A stretch of DNA of 64,000 nucleotides from an uncultured Candidatus Saccharibacteria bacterium (GTDB lineage Bacteria; Patescibacteriota; Minisyncoccia; UBA6257; 1-14-0-10-40-38), in assembly GCA_964543265.1 (NCBI GenBank), contig CAZIWN010000001.1, forward strand, positions 104,577-168,576, read 5' to 3'. A program made the translations under genes and the position numbers. Below, piece by piece: positions 56,284 through 64,000 of the stretch. Under the pieces are notes generated by a model. That model ran no database searches and had not been told where the DNA came from. It saw nothing but the letters and a program-made list of their open reading frames with translations. Position 1 is the stretch's first letter. The number at the start of each line of letters is the position of its first letter.

Positions 56284-57390
56284 ATGATGCCCATATCTTC
56301 AAAAAGAAAATACACTTGGCCAGACACTTTTTTTACAGCCATTTTTTTTGTTTTAATTTTTTGGGGATTGATTATATTAGGAAGCGCATCTTCAAATTTT
56401 TCCAATTTAAAATTCGGAGACAGTTTTTATATGTTAAAAAAACAAATTGTTTTTGGATTTTTAATAGGTTTAGCTGGTTTCTTCTTGGCTTTAAAAATAC
56501 CATATAAAAATTACAAAAAAATAGCTCCACTTCTCCTTATAGGTTCAATATCTCTTTTAGTTCTAGTGTTTACGCCTCTTGGGCTTACTATTAAGGGTTC
56601 TGCAAGATGGGTTGATTTTAAGTTATTTTCTTTTCAACCATCGGAAGTTGCTAAATTTCTTTCTATTATTTACTTTGCCTATTGGTTTAGTAAAAAAAAT
56701 ACAGGGGAACTATCTTTTAAAGAAATTATTCCATTTTTTATAATTTTAGGAACAATCTTAACTCTTTTATTTTTAGAGCCGGCCACGAGCGTCGCTGTTA
56801 TTATATTTCTATCATCTTTTGCTATTTATTTCTTCGCCGGAGCCAGATTCAGTCACGTAGCCGCTTCTATTGCTTGTCTTTTATTAATTCTCGGCGGAAT
56901 TATTTATTCCACCCCATATAGATTTTCAAGAATTCAGGGATTTTTTAATAGTCAGGAATTTTCTCAAACTAGCGGATTTCATATAGATCAAGCAATGATT
57001 GCAATTGGATCAGGAAGATTAACGGGCGTAGGATTCGGGCAATCAACAACTAAATTAAGATTTTTACCAGAACCATATGGAGATTCTATCTTTGCTGTTT
57101 TAAGCGAAGAATTCGGATTTTTAGGATCTATTTTCACAATTTTACTTTTTGGATTATTGATTTTAAGGATTTTTATTTTAGCAAAAAAAATTCCAGATAA
57201 ATTTGGTTCCTATCTCTTAATAGGATTTGGATCAATGATAGGGATTCAAGCTTTTATTAATATTGCTGCAATCTCCGGTCTAATTCCTTTAACTGGAATG
57301 CCTTTGCCTTTTATAAGTTATGGAGGAACGGCTTTGGCAGTTTTTATGACAATATCAGGCATTATAGCCAATGTTTCCAAGTCGGCTTAA
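56284..57390 (+). CDS. ftsW: SEDS-family peptidoglycan glycosyltransferase FtsW/RodA.
   Basis: Ten TM segments and the motif LPEPYGDSIFAVL; adjacent to murG. Confidence 0.8.
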   Translation: MMPISSKRKYTWPDTFFTAIFFVLIFWGLIILGSASSNFSNLKFGDSFYMLKKQIVFGFLIGLAGFFLALKIPYKNYKKIAPLLLIGSISLLVLVFTPLGLTIKGSARWVDFKLFSFQPSEVAKFLSIIYFAYWFSKKNTGELSFKEIIPFFIILGTILTLLFLEPATSVAVIIFLSSFAIYFFAGARFSHVAASIACLLLILGGIIYSTPYRFSRIQGFFNSQEFSQTSGFHIDQAMIAIGSGRLTGVGFGQSTTKLRFLPEPYGDSIFAVLSEEFGFLGSIFTILLFGLLILRIFILAKKIPDKFGSYLLIGFGSMIGIQAFINIAAISGLIPLTGMPLPFISYGGTALAVFMTISGIIANVSKSA

Positions 57391-57415
57391 TAAAAAGTTA
57401 TGATAAAATAAATTT

Positions 57416-58549
57416 ATGTCTAAAATCAGAATACTCCTAGCGGGTGGTGGCAGTGGTGGGCACATAATGCCCCTTTTAGCTGTTGCTGATGAGGCTTGGA
57501 GATATGCGGATGAAAATAAGTTAGAACTTAAGATGAGATATTTTGGTAATCCTCTGGAATATAAAAATGAACTATTGCTTCGCAAAATTCCAATATCTAA
57601 AGTTGCTTCTTCAAAAATCAGAAGATATTTTGATCTTCGTAATTTTTTAGATATTTTTAAGTTTTTTTTCAGTCTTTTTCAGTCTTTTTGGAAAGTTTAT
57701 CTTTTTATGCCTAATGTATGTTTTTCCAAAGGTGGTCCTGGGGCTATTTCTGTGATCTTGGCCTGTAGATTCTATAGAATTCCAGTCATTATTCACGAAT
57801 CAGATTCAATTCCCAGCATAACAACTAAAATATCTTGTAGATTCGCCAAGTCTGTACAATTAGCTTTTCCGTCTGCTAAAGACTATTTTCCTGGATGGAA
57901 AAATATAAAAATAGTTGGCAATCCTGTAAGAAAGATAGTTTCTCAGATTATTAGCAAGAGAGAAGCAAAAGAATTTTTTGGTTTTAATCCAGATCTTCCA
58001 GTAGTTCTTTTTGCTGGCGGATCTCAAGGCTCGAATCATATTAATGATTTTGTTTTGGTTAATTTAAAAAAATTTCTGCCAAATTTTCAGATACTTCACC
58101 AAGTTGGAGTAGAAAATATTAATGCCTATAAAGCGGAGTATGAGGTTATGTCTAGAGATTTATTACCAGAATTAAAATCGAAATATAAATTTTTTGCTTT
58201 TTTTAAAAATGAGATAGGGGAAAGTTATAATTCGGCAGATGTTTTTGTTGGCCGTGCCGGAGCCGGACAAATATTCGAAGTGGCCTCATTAAAAATCCCA
58301 AGCATTTTAATTCCTCTTCCAGATTCAGCCAATAATCATCAATTTGAAAATGCAATTAAGTATGAAGAATCAGGGTCGTCTTTTACCATAGAGCAAGACA
58401 ATTTAATCCCAGAAGTTTTAATTCAAGAAATCGATAGTATCTTAAATAATCCAGATAAAAGAAAACAGATGGAGTCTTCGGCCGGGCAATTTTACAACCC
58501 AAACTCAGCAAGGCTTATCGTCCAAGATATTTTCGCTTCAGTTAAATAA
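57416..58549 (+). CDS. murG: UDP-GlcNAc:lipid I GlcNAc transferase MurG.
   Basis: Motif GGGSGGHIMP and a GT-B fold. Confidence 0.9.
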   Translation: MSKIRILLAGGGSGGHIMPLLAVADEAWRYADENKLELKMRYFGNPLEYKNELLLRKIPISKVASSKIRRYFDLRNFLDIFKFFFSLFQSFWKVYLFMPNVCFSKGGPGAISVILACRFYRIPVIIHESDSIPSITTKISCRFAKSVQLAFPSAKDYFPGWKNIKIVGNPVRKIVSQIISKREAKEFFGFNPDLPVVLFAGGSQGSNHINDFVLVNLKKFLPNFQILHQVGVENINAYKAEYEVMSRDLLPELKSKYKFFAFFKNEIGESYNSADVFVGRAGAGQIFEVASLKIPSILIPLPDSANNHQFENAIKYEESGSSFTIEQDNLIPEVLIQEIDSILNNPDKRKQMESSAGQFYNPNSARLIVQDIFASVK

Positions 58550-58618
58550 AAAATCATATTTTTTTACCCTATTTACAGGGTGGATTTTTTATTATTTAAA
58601 TGATACTATTTATAGACA

Positions 58619-60097
58619 ATGCCACCCAAAGAACTCAAAGAAATAAGGGTTCGTATAGCCCCAAGCCCTACGGGTTTTTTTCACTTTGGAACCGCAAGAA
58701 CAGCTCTTTTTAACTATCTTTTTGCCAAAAAAAACAATGGCAAATTTATCGTAAGAATTGAAGATACTGACAAGGAGAGATCAAAGCCAGAATATGAGAA
58801 AGATATTTTAGATGGTCTGCGATGGCTTGGACTTAATTCGGACGAAGATCCGGTTAATGGTGGTAAATTTGGTCCATATCGCCAAAGTGAAAGAACAGAC
58901 ATTTATGCAAAATATTTAGAAAAGCTTTTAAAAGAAAATAAAGCTTATTATTGTTTTTGTAGGGCCGAAGATTTAGAAGAAGAAAGAAAGGCTATGATGG
59001 AATCTGGTATTGCTCCAAAATATTCCGGAAAATGCAGAAACATATCTCATAAAGAATCTGAAGATAAAGTTAAGCAAGGAGCTCCATCTGTAATCAGATT
59101 TAAAATGCCAGAAGAAAAAATTCATTTCAATGACTTAATTAAGGGCAAGATAGAAATGGATTTATCTTTGTTTGGAGATCAAGTCATAGCCAAAAATATT
59201 CGTGAACCTCTTTATAATTTTGCAGTTGTCGTTGATGATCACGAAATGAAAATCTCTCACGTTATAAGAGGGGAAGATCATTTATCAAACACTCCTAAAC
59301 AAATTCCATTGCAAAAAGCTCTCGGTTTTGAACATGTCATATATGCTCATTTGCCTCTTATTTTAAATCCAGATAGAAGTAAGATGTCTAAAAGATTTTT
59401 AGACGTTTCTATTAAGGATTATAAGGACAAGGGCTATCTTCCTTCGGCCATGGTTAATTTCATGGCTTTAATTGGTTGGCATCCAGAAGCAAAGTCTGGA
59501 ACTTCTGAAAAAGAAATTTTTAATATAAAAGAATTAATTTCAGAATTTAATTTAGAAAGAGTTCAAAAGGGTGGAGGTATTTTTAGCGAAGAAAAATTAG
59601 ATTGGATTAATTCTCAATTTATTAAAAGTATGGAAGATTCCCATCTCTTAGAAGAACTTAAATTAAGGGGTGAAATAAGTGCTGAAAACAAATTTTTAGA
59701 TAAAGATTCTATCTTAAAAATAATTAAAATATCTAAAGAGAGAATGAAAAAATTAAGCGACTTTAAAGATTTAGCTCAATTTTTCTTTATGCTTCCTTCT
59801 TATGATAAAAATCTTTTAATTTGGAAAAAATCTAATTTAGCCGGCGCAGTTGTTTCTCTTAATAAATGTTTAGAGGTTATGGAATCTATTAAAATAGATA
59901 ATTTTAAAAAAGAAATTATAGAAAAAGAATTAAACGTTTTTGCCGATAAAATGGGGAAGGGTGATATCTATTGGCCTCTTAGAGTCGCTCTTTCTGGAAA
60001 GGAGTTTTCTCCTCCTCCGCAAGAAATTATGGATATAATTGGCAAAGAAGAGTCTATTAAGAGAGTAAAATTTGCCATAGAGCATATAGAAAAATAA
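58619..60097 (+). CDS. gltX: Glutamyl-tRNA synthetase.
   Basis: Motif RIAPSPTGFFHFGTARTALFNY (HIGH region) and KMSKR. Confidence 0.9.
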   Translation: MPPKELKEIRVRIAPSPTGFFHFGTARTALFNYLFAKKNNGKFIVRIEDTDKERSKPEYEKDILDGLRWLGLNSDEDPVNGGKFGPYRQSERTDIYAKYLEKLLKENKAYYCFCRAEDLEEERKAMMESGIAPKYSGKCRNISHKESEDKVKQGAPSVIRFKMPEEKIHFNDLIKGKIEMDLSLFGDQVIAKNIREPLYNFAVVVDDHEMKISHVIRGEDHLSNTPKQIPLQKALGFEHVIYAHLPLILNPDRSKMSKRFLDVSIKDYKDKGYLPSAMVNFMALIGWHPEAKSGTSEKEIFNIKELISEFNLERVQKGGGIFSEEKLDWINSQFIKSMEDSHLLEELKLRGEISAENKFLDKDSILKIIKISKERMKKLSDFKDLAQFFFMLPSYDKNLLIWKKSNLAGAVVSLNKCLEVMESIKIDNFKKEIIEKELNVFADKMGKGDIYWPLRVALSGKEFSPPPQEIMDIIGKEESIKRVKFAIEHIEK

Positions 60098-60098
60098 A

Positions 60099-61367
60099 AT
60101 GAAAACTCTTTATTCAAAACTATTTCTAGTAGTAATATTTTTTTCACTTATTTTTTTGAGTTCTTTTAATAGATCTCTTGCTTTAACGGAGGTTGAATTA
60201 AATTTAAAATCAGCTATTGAAGATAAGTCCAAAGATCTTCAGGAAATAACAAAAAAAATAGAAGAAACTCAAAATCAGCTTTTTGAAACACAAGAAAAGG
60301 GCACAACCTTAAAACAAGAAGTTAAAAGAACAGACAATCTTCTTAATCAAATAAATTTAAATATTAAATCCAGTGAAATTAAAATAGATAAACTAACTCT
60401 AGAGCTTCAAAATCTTAGTTCTACTAAAAAAGATAAAGAAGATAAGATAGTAGAAAAAAAGACAGCTATTGAAGAACTTTTAAGGCAGATTATGAAGAAA
60501 AGTAGAGAGTCTGGTTTGAGATTAATTTTAGAAAGCAAAAGCATCTCTCAGGGTGTTTTGGATTCTAGATCCATAGAATATATGAGCAAAAGCCTCGCTT
60601 CGGAGGTGGACGATTTAGAGATTTTAAAACAGGACCTATCAAGCCAGATCCAAGAAGCAGCAGATAAAAAAAGATCTCTCGAGGGAGAAAAAACTAATCT
60701 TAAATATAAAAAAAATATCGCAGAAGATGAAAAAAATAATAAACAATATATTTTAAGCACCACCAAAAACCAAGAAAAATTATATCAGGCACAATTAAAA
60801 GAATTAGAAAAAAAACAAGAAGAAATAGCCGCGGAGGTTGAAGCTATTGAATCAGAGCTTCGCGCCAAAATAGACCCAAGCCTTCTTCCTAGCGCCATAC
60901 CAGGAGTTCTTCTTTGGCCAGTTGCTGGCGGAAGATTAACTCAAGGGTATGGTTCCACCGCCTTTGCTCTTAAGACTTATAAAGGCAAACACCACAACGG
61001 AGTTGATGTCGGAGCCCCTATAGGAACGCCTATTTATAGCGCCGAAGACGGTGAGGTTGTTTTTGTTGCTAATCAAGATAATTTTTGCAGAGGAGCAGGA
61101 TATGGAAAGGTAATAGTAGTTAAACATAATAATAATTTAACAACTCTTTATGGCCATCTTTCTCAGCAGGCAGTTTACGTTGGCCAAAAAGTTAAAAAAG
61201 GAGATACTATCGGTTATCTTGGAAAATCGGGATGGGCAACAGGACCGCACCTACATTTCACAGTTTTTGAAAGCGCAACCTATTATGTAAAACCAACAAG
61301 ATCTTGCGGGCCTATGCCAGTAGGAGGAGATATGGATCCTAATAAGTATCTTTCACACGCACCTTAA
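60099..61367 (+). CDS. M23 peptidase with an N-terminal coiled coil (EnvC-like).
   Basis: Motifs HHNGVDVGAPIGTPIYSAEDGEVVF and GHLHF. Confidence 0.85.
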   Translation: MKTLYSKLFLVVIFFSLIFLSSFNRSLALTEVELNLKSAIEDKSKDLQEITKKIEETQNQLFETQEKGTTLKQEVKRTDNLLNQINLNIKSSEIKIDKLTLELQNLSSTKKDKEDKIVEKKTAIEELLRQIMKKSRESGLRLILESKSISQGVLDSRSIEYMSKSLASEVDDLEILKQDLSSQIQEAADKKRSLEGEKTNLKYKKNIAEDEKNNKQYILSTTKNQEKLYQAQLKELEKKQEEIAAEVEAIESELRAKIDPSLLPSAIPGVLLWPVAGGRLTQGYGSTAFALKTYKGKHHNGVDVGAPIGTPIYSAEDGEVVFVANQDNFCRGAGYGKVIVVKHNNNLTTLYGHLSQQAVYVGQKVKKGDTIGYLGKSGWATGPHLHFTVFESATYYVKPTRSCGPMPVGGDMDPNKYLSHAP

Positions 61368-61376
61368 TTTTCTTTA

Positions 61377-62318
61377 ATGTTGAAGCACTCTTTTCTTCAA
61401 TCTCAAGAATGGGCTGATTTTCAAAAATCTTTAAATAGAGATTTTTTAAATTGCGAAATTAATGGAATAAAATCTTTTTTTCAAAAAAATAATTTTCCTT
61501 TAAGGTTTCATTATTTTTATTTTCCTCGTGGACCAATCTTTAAAAAAGAAATAGATGATTCAGAGCTCAATAGCTTAATTAATATATTTAAACAGGGGAG
61601 AGTAGCCTCCAAAAAAACAATTTCTTTTAAAATAGAGCCGAATGAAAATTATTCAGAAAAATTAGAACAAGTATTATTTAGAGCTGGATTTAAAAAGGCC
61701 AAATCAATACAACCACAAGAAACTATTATTTTAAATCTGGATAATACCGAAGAAGTGCTTCTTCGAGAAATGGAACATGATACTCGTTATGCAATAAGAT
61801 ATTCAATTCGTCAAGGCGTTGAAATTATTAAATCAGAAACTTTAGAAGATAAGGAAAAATTATTCGAAAAATTCTGGGATATTTTTAAAGAAACAAATAC
61901 AAAACATAACCTTAAAGCTTACGATAAAGCTTATTATAAAAAATTATCTGAAATTGATGGAAAATTAAAATCTTATATATATCTTGCCCAAATTAACGGC
62001 CAAAGTATTGCTTCAGCCATATTTTTATCTTACGGCAGTGAAACATTCTATATGTTTGCCGGCTCGCGTACGGGGTTTGCCAAGTTTAACGCTCCAAGCC
62101 TGATCATCTGGACCGCCATAAGGGATTTTAAGCTTAAGGGCTTTAAAACGCTTGATTTATGGGGTGTTAGCGATACAAATACTAAATGGCTTGGTGTAAC
62201 TAGGTTTAAAAGAGGTTTTGGAGGCAAATCTATAAAGTATATAGGAACTTACGAATATGTATTAAATAAATTTAATTATTATATATTTAATTTAATAAAA
62301 TTTATTTTAAGAAAATAA
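61377..62318 (+). CDS. FemAB-family peptidoglycan bridge transferase-like protein.
   Basis: N-terminal FLQSQEWADFQ, which is typical of FemAB/acyltransferases. Confidence 0.5.
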   Translation: MLKHSFLQSQEWADFQKSLNRDFLNCEINGIKSFFQKNNFPLRFHYFYFPRGPIFKKEIDDSELNSLINIFKQGRVASKKTISFKIEPNENYSEKLEQVLFRAGFKKAKSIQPQETIILNLDNTEEVLLREMEHDTRYAIRYSIRQGVEIIKSETLEDKEKLFEKFWDIFKETNTKHNLKAYDKAYYKKLSEIDGKLKSYIYLAQINGQSIASAIFLSYGSETFYMFAGSRTGFAKFNAPSLIIWTAIRDFKLKGFKTLDLWGVSDTNTKWLGVTRFKRGFGGKSIKYIGTYEYVLNKFNYYIFNLIKFILRK

Positions 62319-62469
62319 TTTAAATAAAAGGGTAGAAATATGATAAATAATCATAAAATCATATAAAGTTTATTTTATATAGTTTTATGACTATATATGT
62401 CGCAAAAGGTATATTGGGCGACAGGTAATAGATATAGTCCCCGATAGATCAAGATAAGATTTTTTTGAA

Positions 62470-62520
62470 AATTAAAAAGCCCCTCTCCTATCTCTTTCGA
62501 GTATAGGATTGGGGCTTTCG
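62470..62520 (-). terminator. Minus-strand terminator AAAGCCCC...GGGGCTTT followed by a T-tract on the minus strand.
   Basis: Read from the sequence. Confidence 0.6.
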
Positions 62521-62521
62521 T

Positions 62522-63220
62522 TCAGTGATTCCAGTTTGTAGCGACTTCGCTACCAAACTGGTTTGCCAGACAATTCCTGAAGCGTTCGTCTTCCTCCTTT
62601 TCCCTCTTCAGGATGTCTCCAATTCCCTGCTGGTTCTCTTCGAGCTTCTCGAAGCTCATTCCGCAGAAGGCGCTTCTCGCCAATTCTTCGCAGTTGCGAA
62701 GCTTGGCAAAGCCGACGACGAGATCATTCAGCTGGGACGGCGACAAATCGTGGGGGTTGATCTCAGGCAAGGTCTCGAATAGATTCATCGCCATCTTTTG
62801 GAGATGATCGAGATCCATCTTGCCTTCTGGGTCCTGCAAGTAATTCCAGGATTGATGATCAACCAAGCTCTTCTTATGGAGCTTGGTAAGTTCGTGCTTG
62901 AGAAAATCGTTTTCCTTCTTCAGGGCTTCGATTTCCTCGTGAGCGCTTGTGAGCTCTTGGGTGAGCTCGAGGATGTTGCTCTGGCTCTCGCCAGTTTCGA
63001 TCTGAGGCTCGATTGCGCTCCTCTCGGCAACGATCTCCGTTTCCGGAGCCGTCGGCGCAAGTGTCACAGCCTGGTAGGCTTCGATCTTGGTAGGGTCATC
63101 TCCAACGAAGTTTTGTTGAGGGTGACAACCATAATCGACGCCGTGATTGTTGTTTCCTGAAATTGCGAACATGGCAACGCAGAAAACAACAAGCGCAATC
63201 AATCCGACAATTCGCTTCAT
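62522..63220 (-). CDS. Secreted coiled-coil protein of 232 aa with GC-rich codons.
   Basis: Signal or TM anchor MKRIVGLIALVVFCVAMFAISG, heptad-rich middle and SD site AAAGGAG upstream. Second gene of a two-gene minus-strand operon. Confidence 0.55.
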   Translation of the reverse strand: MKRIVGLIALVVFCVAMFAISGNNNHGVDYGCHPQQNFVGDDPTKIEAYQAVTLAPTAPETEIVAERSAIEPQIETGESQSNILELTQELTSAHEEIEALKKENDFLKHELTKLHKKSLVDHQSWNYLQDPEGKMDLDHLQKMAMNLFETLPEINPHDLSPSQLNDLVVGFAKLRNCEELARSAFCGMSFEKLEENQQGIGDILKREKEEDERFRNCLANQFGSEVATNWNH

Positions 63221-63249
63221 AGCTGACAGCTCCTTTGTCTTTCGAGTGA

Positions 63250-63295
63250 TCCCGGAAGGATCTCTTTCACTACTTAAGCCGAGATCCTTCCGGGA
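63250..63295 (-). promoter_or_regulatory. Perfect 15-bp intercistronic hairpin TCCCGGAAGGATCTC...GAGATCCTTCCGGGA with no U-tract.
   Basis: Sits between two co-oriented genes; possible processing, stability or attenuation element. Confidence 0.45.
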
Positions 63296-63311
63296 ATCTT
63301 CTCGGCTGCCG

Positions 63312-63851
63312 TCAGTTGTGGATCTTGTTGTTCGAGCCCTGGTAGTTTTCGACGTTGGCGTCGCTCCTGCCGTTCAAGTCAACGTCGTTGCCGTTGTTCC
63401 CGCCATCGGGACCAGTGAGCAACCCACCACCTTCGAAGTCGTGATCGTTGTTGTCGCAGTTCTTCTCGTTGACGCCGCCACCGTTCTTGATGTCGATGTC
63501 ATTCCCGTCGCAATCGTCCAGCTTGATCTTGCCGCCATCGGCATCGATCTCGTCGCCGTTCAGGCCTTCACCGCGGGCCAGTACGCCCTTCTTGATGGTG
63601 ATCTTGGCCTTCACGTAGTCGCCGTGATTCCAGATCTCTTCGACGACGACGTTGTCCGCGCTGTCTGGGCTGTTGGTGACCTTTCCTTCTCCGTCCGGAG
63701 CGGTCCAGGTCTGGCCAGGTCCCAGGCGAGTCGTGTGCGTTCCCGATGACGATCCGCTCGTCGCCGCGTTGGCGACCGACGTCCCTCCTCCGATCGCGAA
63801 GATCGCGACCAGAGCGAGTGCGAGCAAGGCGAAAATCTTCCTCGGATTCAT
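63312..63851 (-). CDS. Secreted Asp/Gly/Asn-rich protein with DxDxDG-like repeats; putative Ca2+-binding protein.
   Basis: Signal peptide MNPRKIFALLALALVAIFAIGGGTSVANA. Loops DADGGKIKLDD, DGNDIDIKNGG and DNNDHDFEGGG. SD site AGGAG upstream. Confidence 0.55.
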   Translation of the reverse strand: MNPRKIFALLALALVAIFAIGGGTSVANAATSGSSSGTHTTRLGPGQTWTAPDGEGKVTNSPDSADNVVVEEIWNHGDYVKAKITIKKGVLARGEGLNGDEIDADGGKIKLDDCDGNDIDIKNGGGVNEKNCDNNDHDFEGGGLLTGPDGGNNGNDVDLNGRSDANVENYQGSNNKIHN

Positions 63852-64000
63852 GCGTTCACTCCTGTGTTTTGGCCCGTTTTCGGTTCTTAAGCGAAATCGG
63901 GCTTAAGCCTACCTCCCCTTCTTTCGTCGCTGTTTTGTCAAGGTGCTACGAATCTAGGGCTACACACCCCAGTTTCATACTTAACATTACTCCTTTAACA

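Noticed and set aside
62525-63906. Plus-strand ORFs 62525-62782, 62613-62807, 62798-63160, 63147-63749 and 63652-63906.
   Set aside because: They are antisense to the two signal-peptide genes; the Val-rich translation is the typical mirror of Asp/Gly/Asn-rich coding sequence.
1-64000. CRISPR arrays, IS elements, integrases and prophage.
   Set aside because: No direct-repeat or spacer arrays and no transposase, integrase or phage structural motifs were seen. Apart from the promoter module, the islets lack terminal inverted or direct repeats that I could detect by eye.

Overview
This window is a low-GC stretch (about one-third GC by eye) that looks like a Patescibacteria/CPR chromosome. Native genes are compact and lack Shine-Dalgarno (SD) sequences. 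The native content includes: a uvrC 3' end; a CIRCE-controlled hrcA-grpE-dnaK-(membrane ORF)-dnaJ operon; truB; a divergently arranged NERD-nuclease and Zn-ribbon locus; malic enzyme; tRNA-Gln; a type IV pilus block (pilB, pilC and five prepilin-like genes); fmt-def; rplI/rpmA; RNase P RNA (rnpB); a large surface protein with Ig-like repeats; msrA; an adk-like gene overlapping map; greA; lysS; serS; ddl-alr-ftsQ-like; ychF; typA; dnaX; scpAB; and a cell-wall block (PBP5-like, mraY, ftsW, murG, gltX, M23 peptidase, FemAB). I found no CRISPR array, transposase or integrase. The main thing worth a second look is that at least 12 short GC-rich islets (about 0.3-1.5 kb, GC roughly 50-65%) sit exactly in intergenic gaps without disrupting any native gene. 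Each carries a near-consensus sigma70 promoter (TTGACA, 16-18 nt, TATAAT/TAAAAT), an SD site that the native genes lack (core AAGGGRG in most), a small GC-codon ORF or an ORF-less transcript, and a long, often perfect GC hairpin terminator. The small ORFs include Cys-rich, His-rich, secreted and single-TM peptides; the ORF-less transcripts are about 180-320 nt. Three islets share an about 55-nt promoter module (repeat family). Together this reads as a dispersed set of foreign or engineered mini-cassettes embedded in a syntenic host backbone, or alternatively as an assembly chimera; it needs validation.
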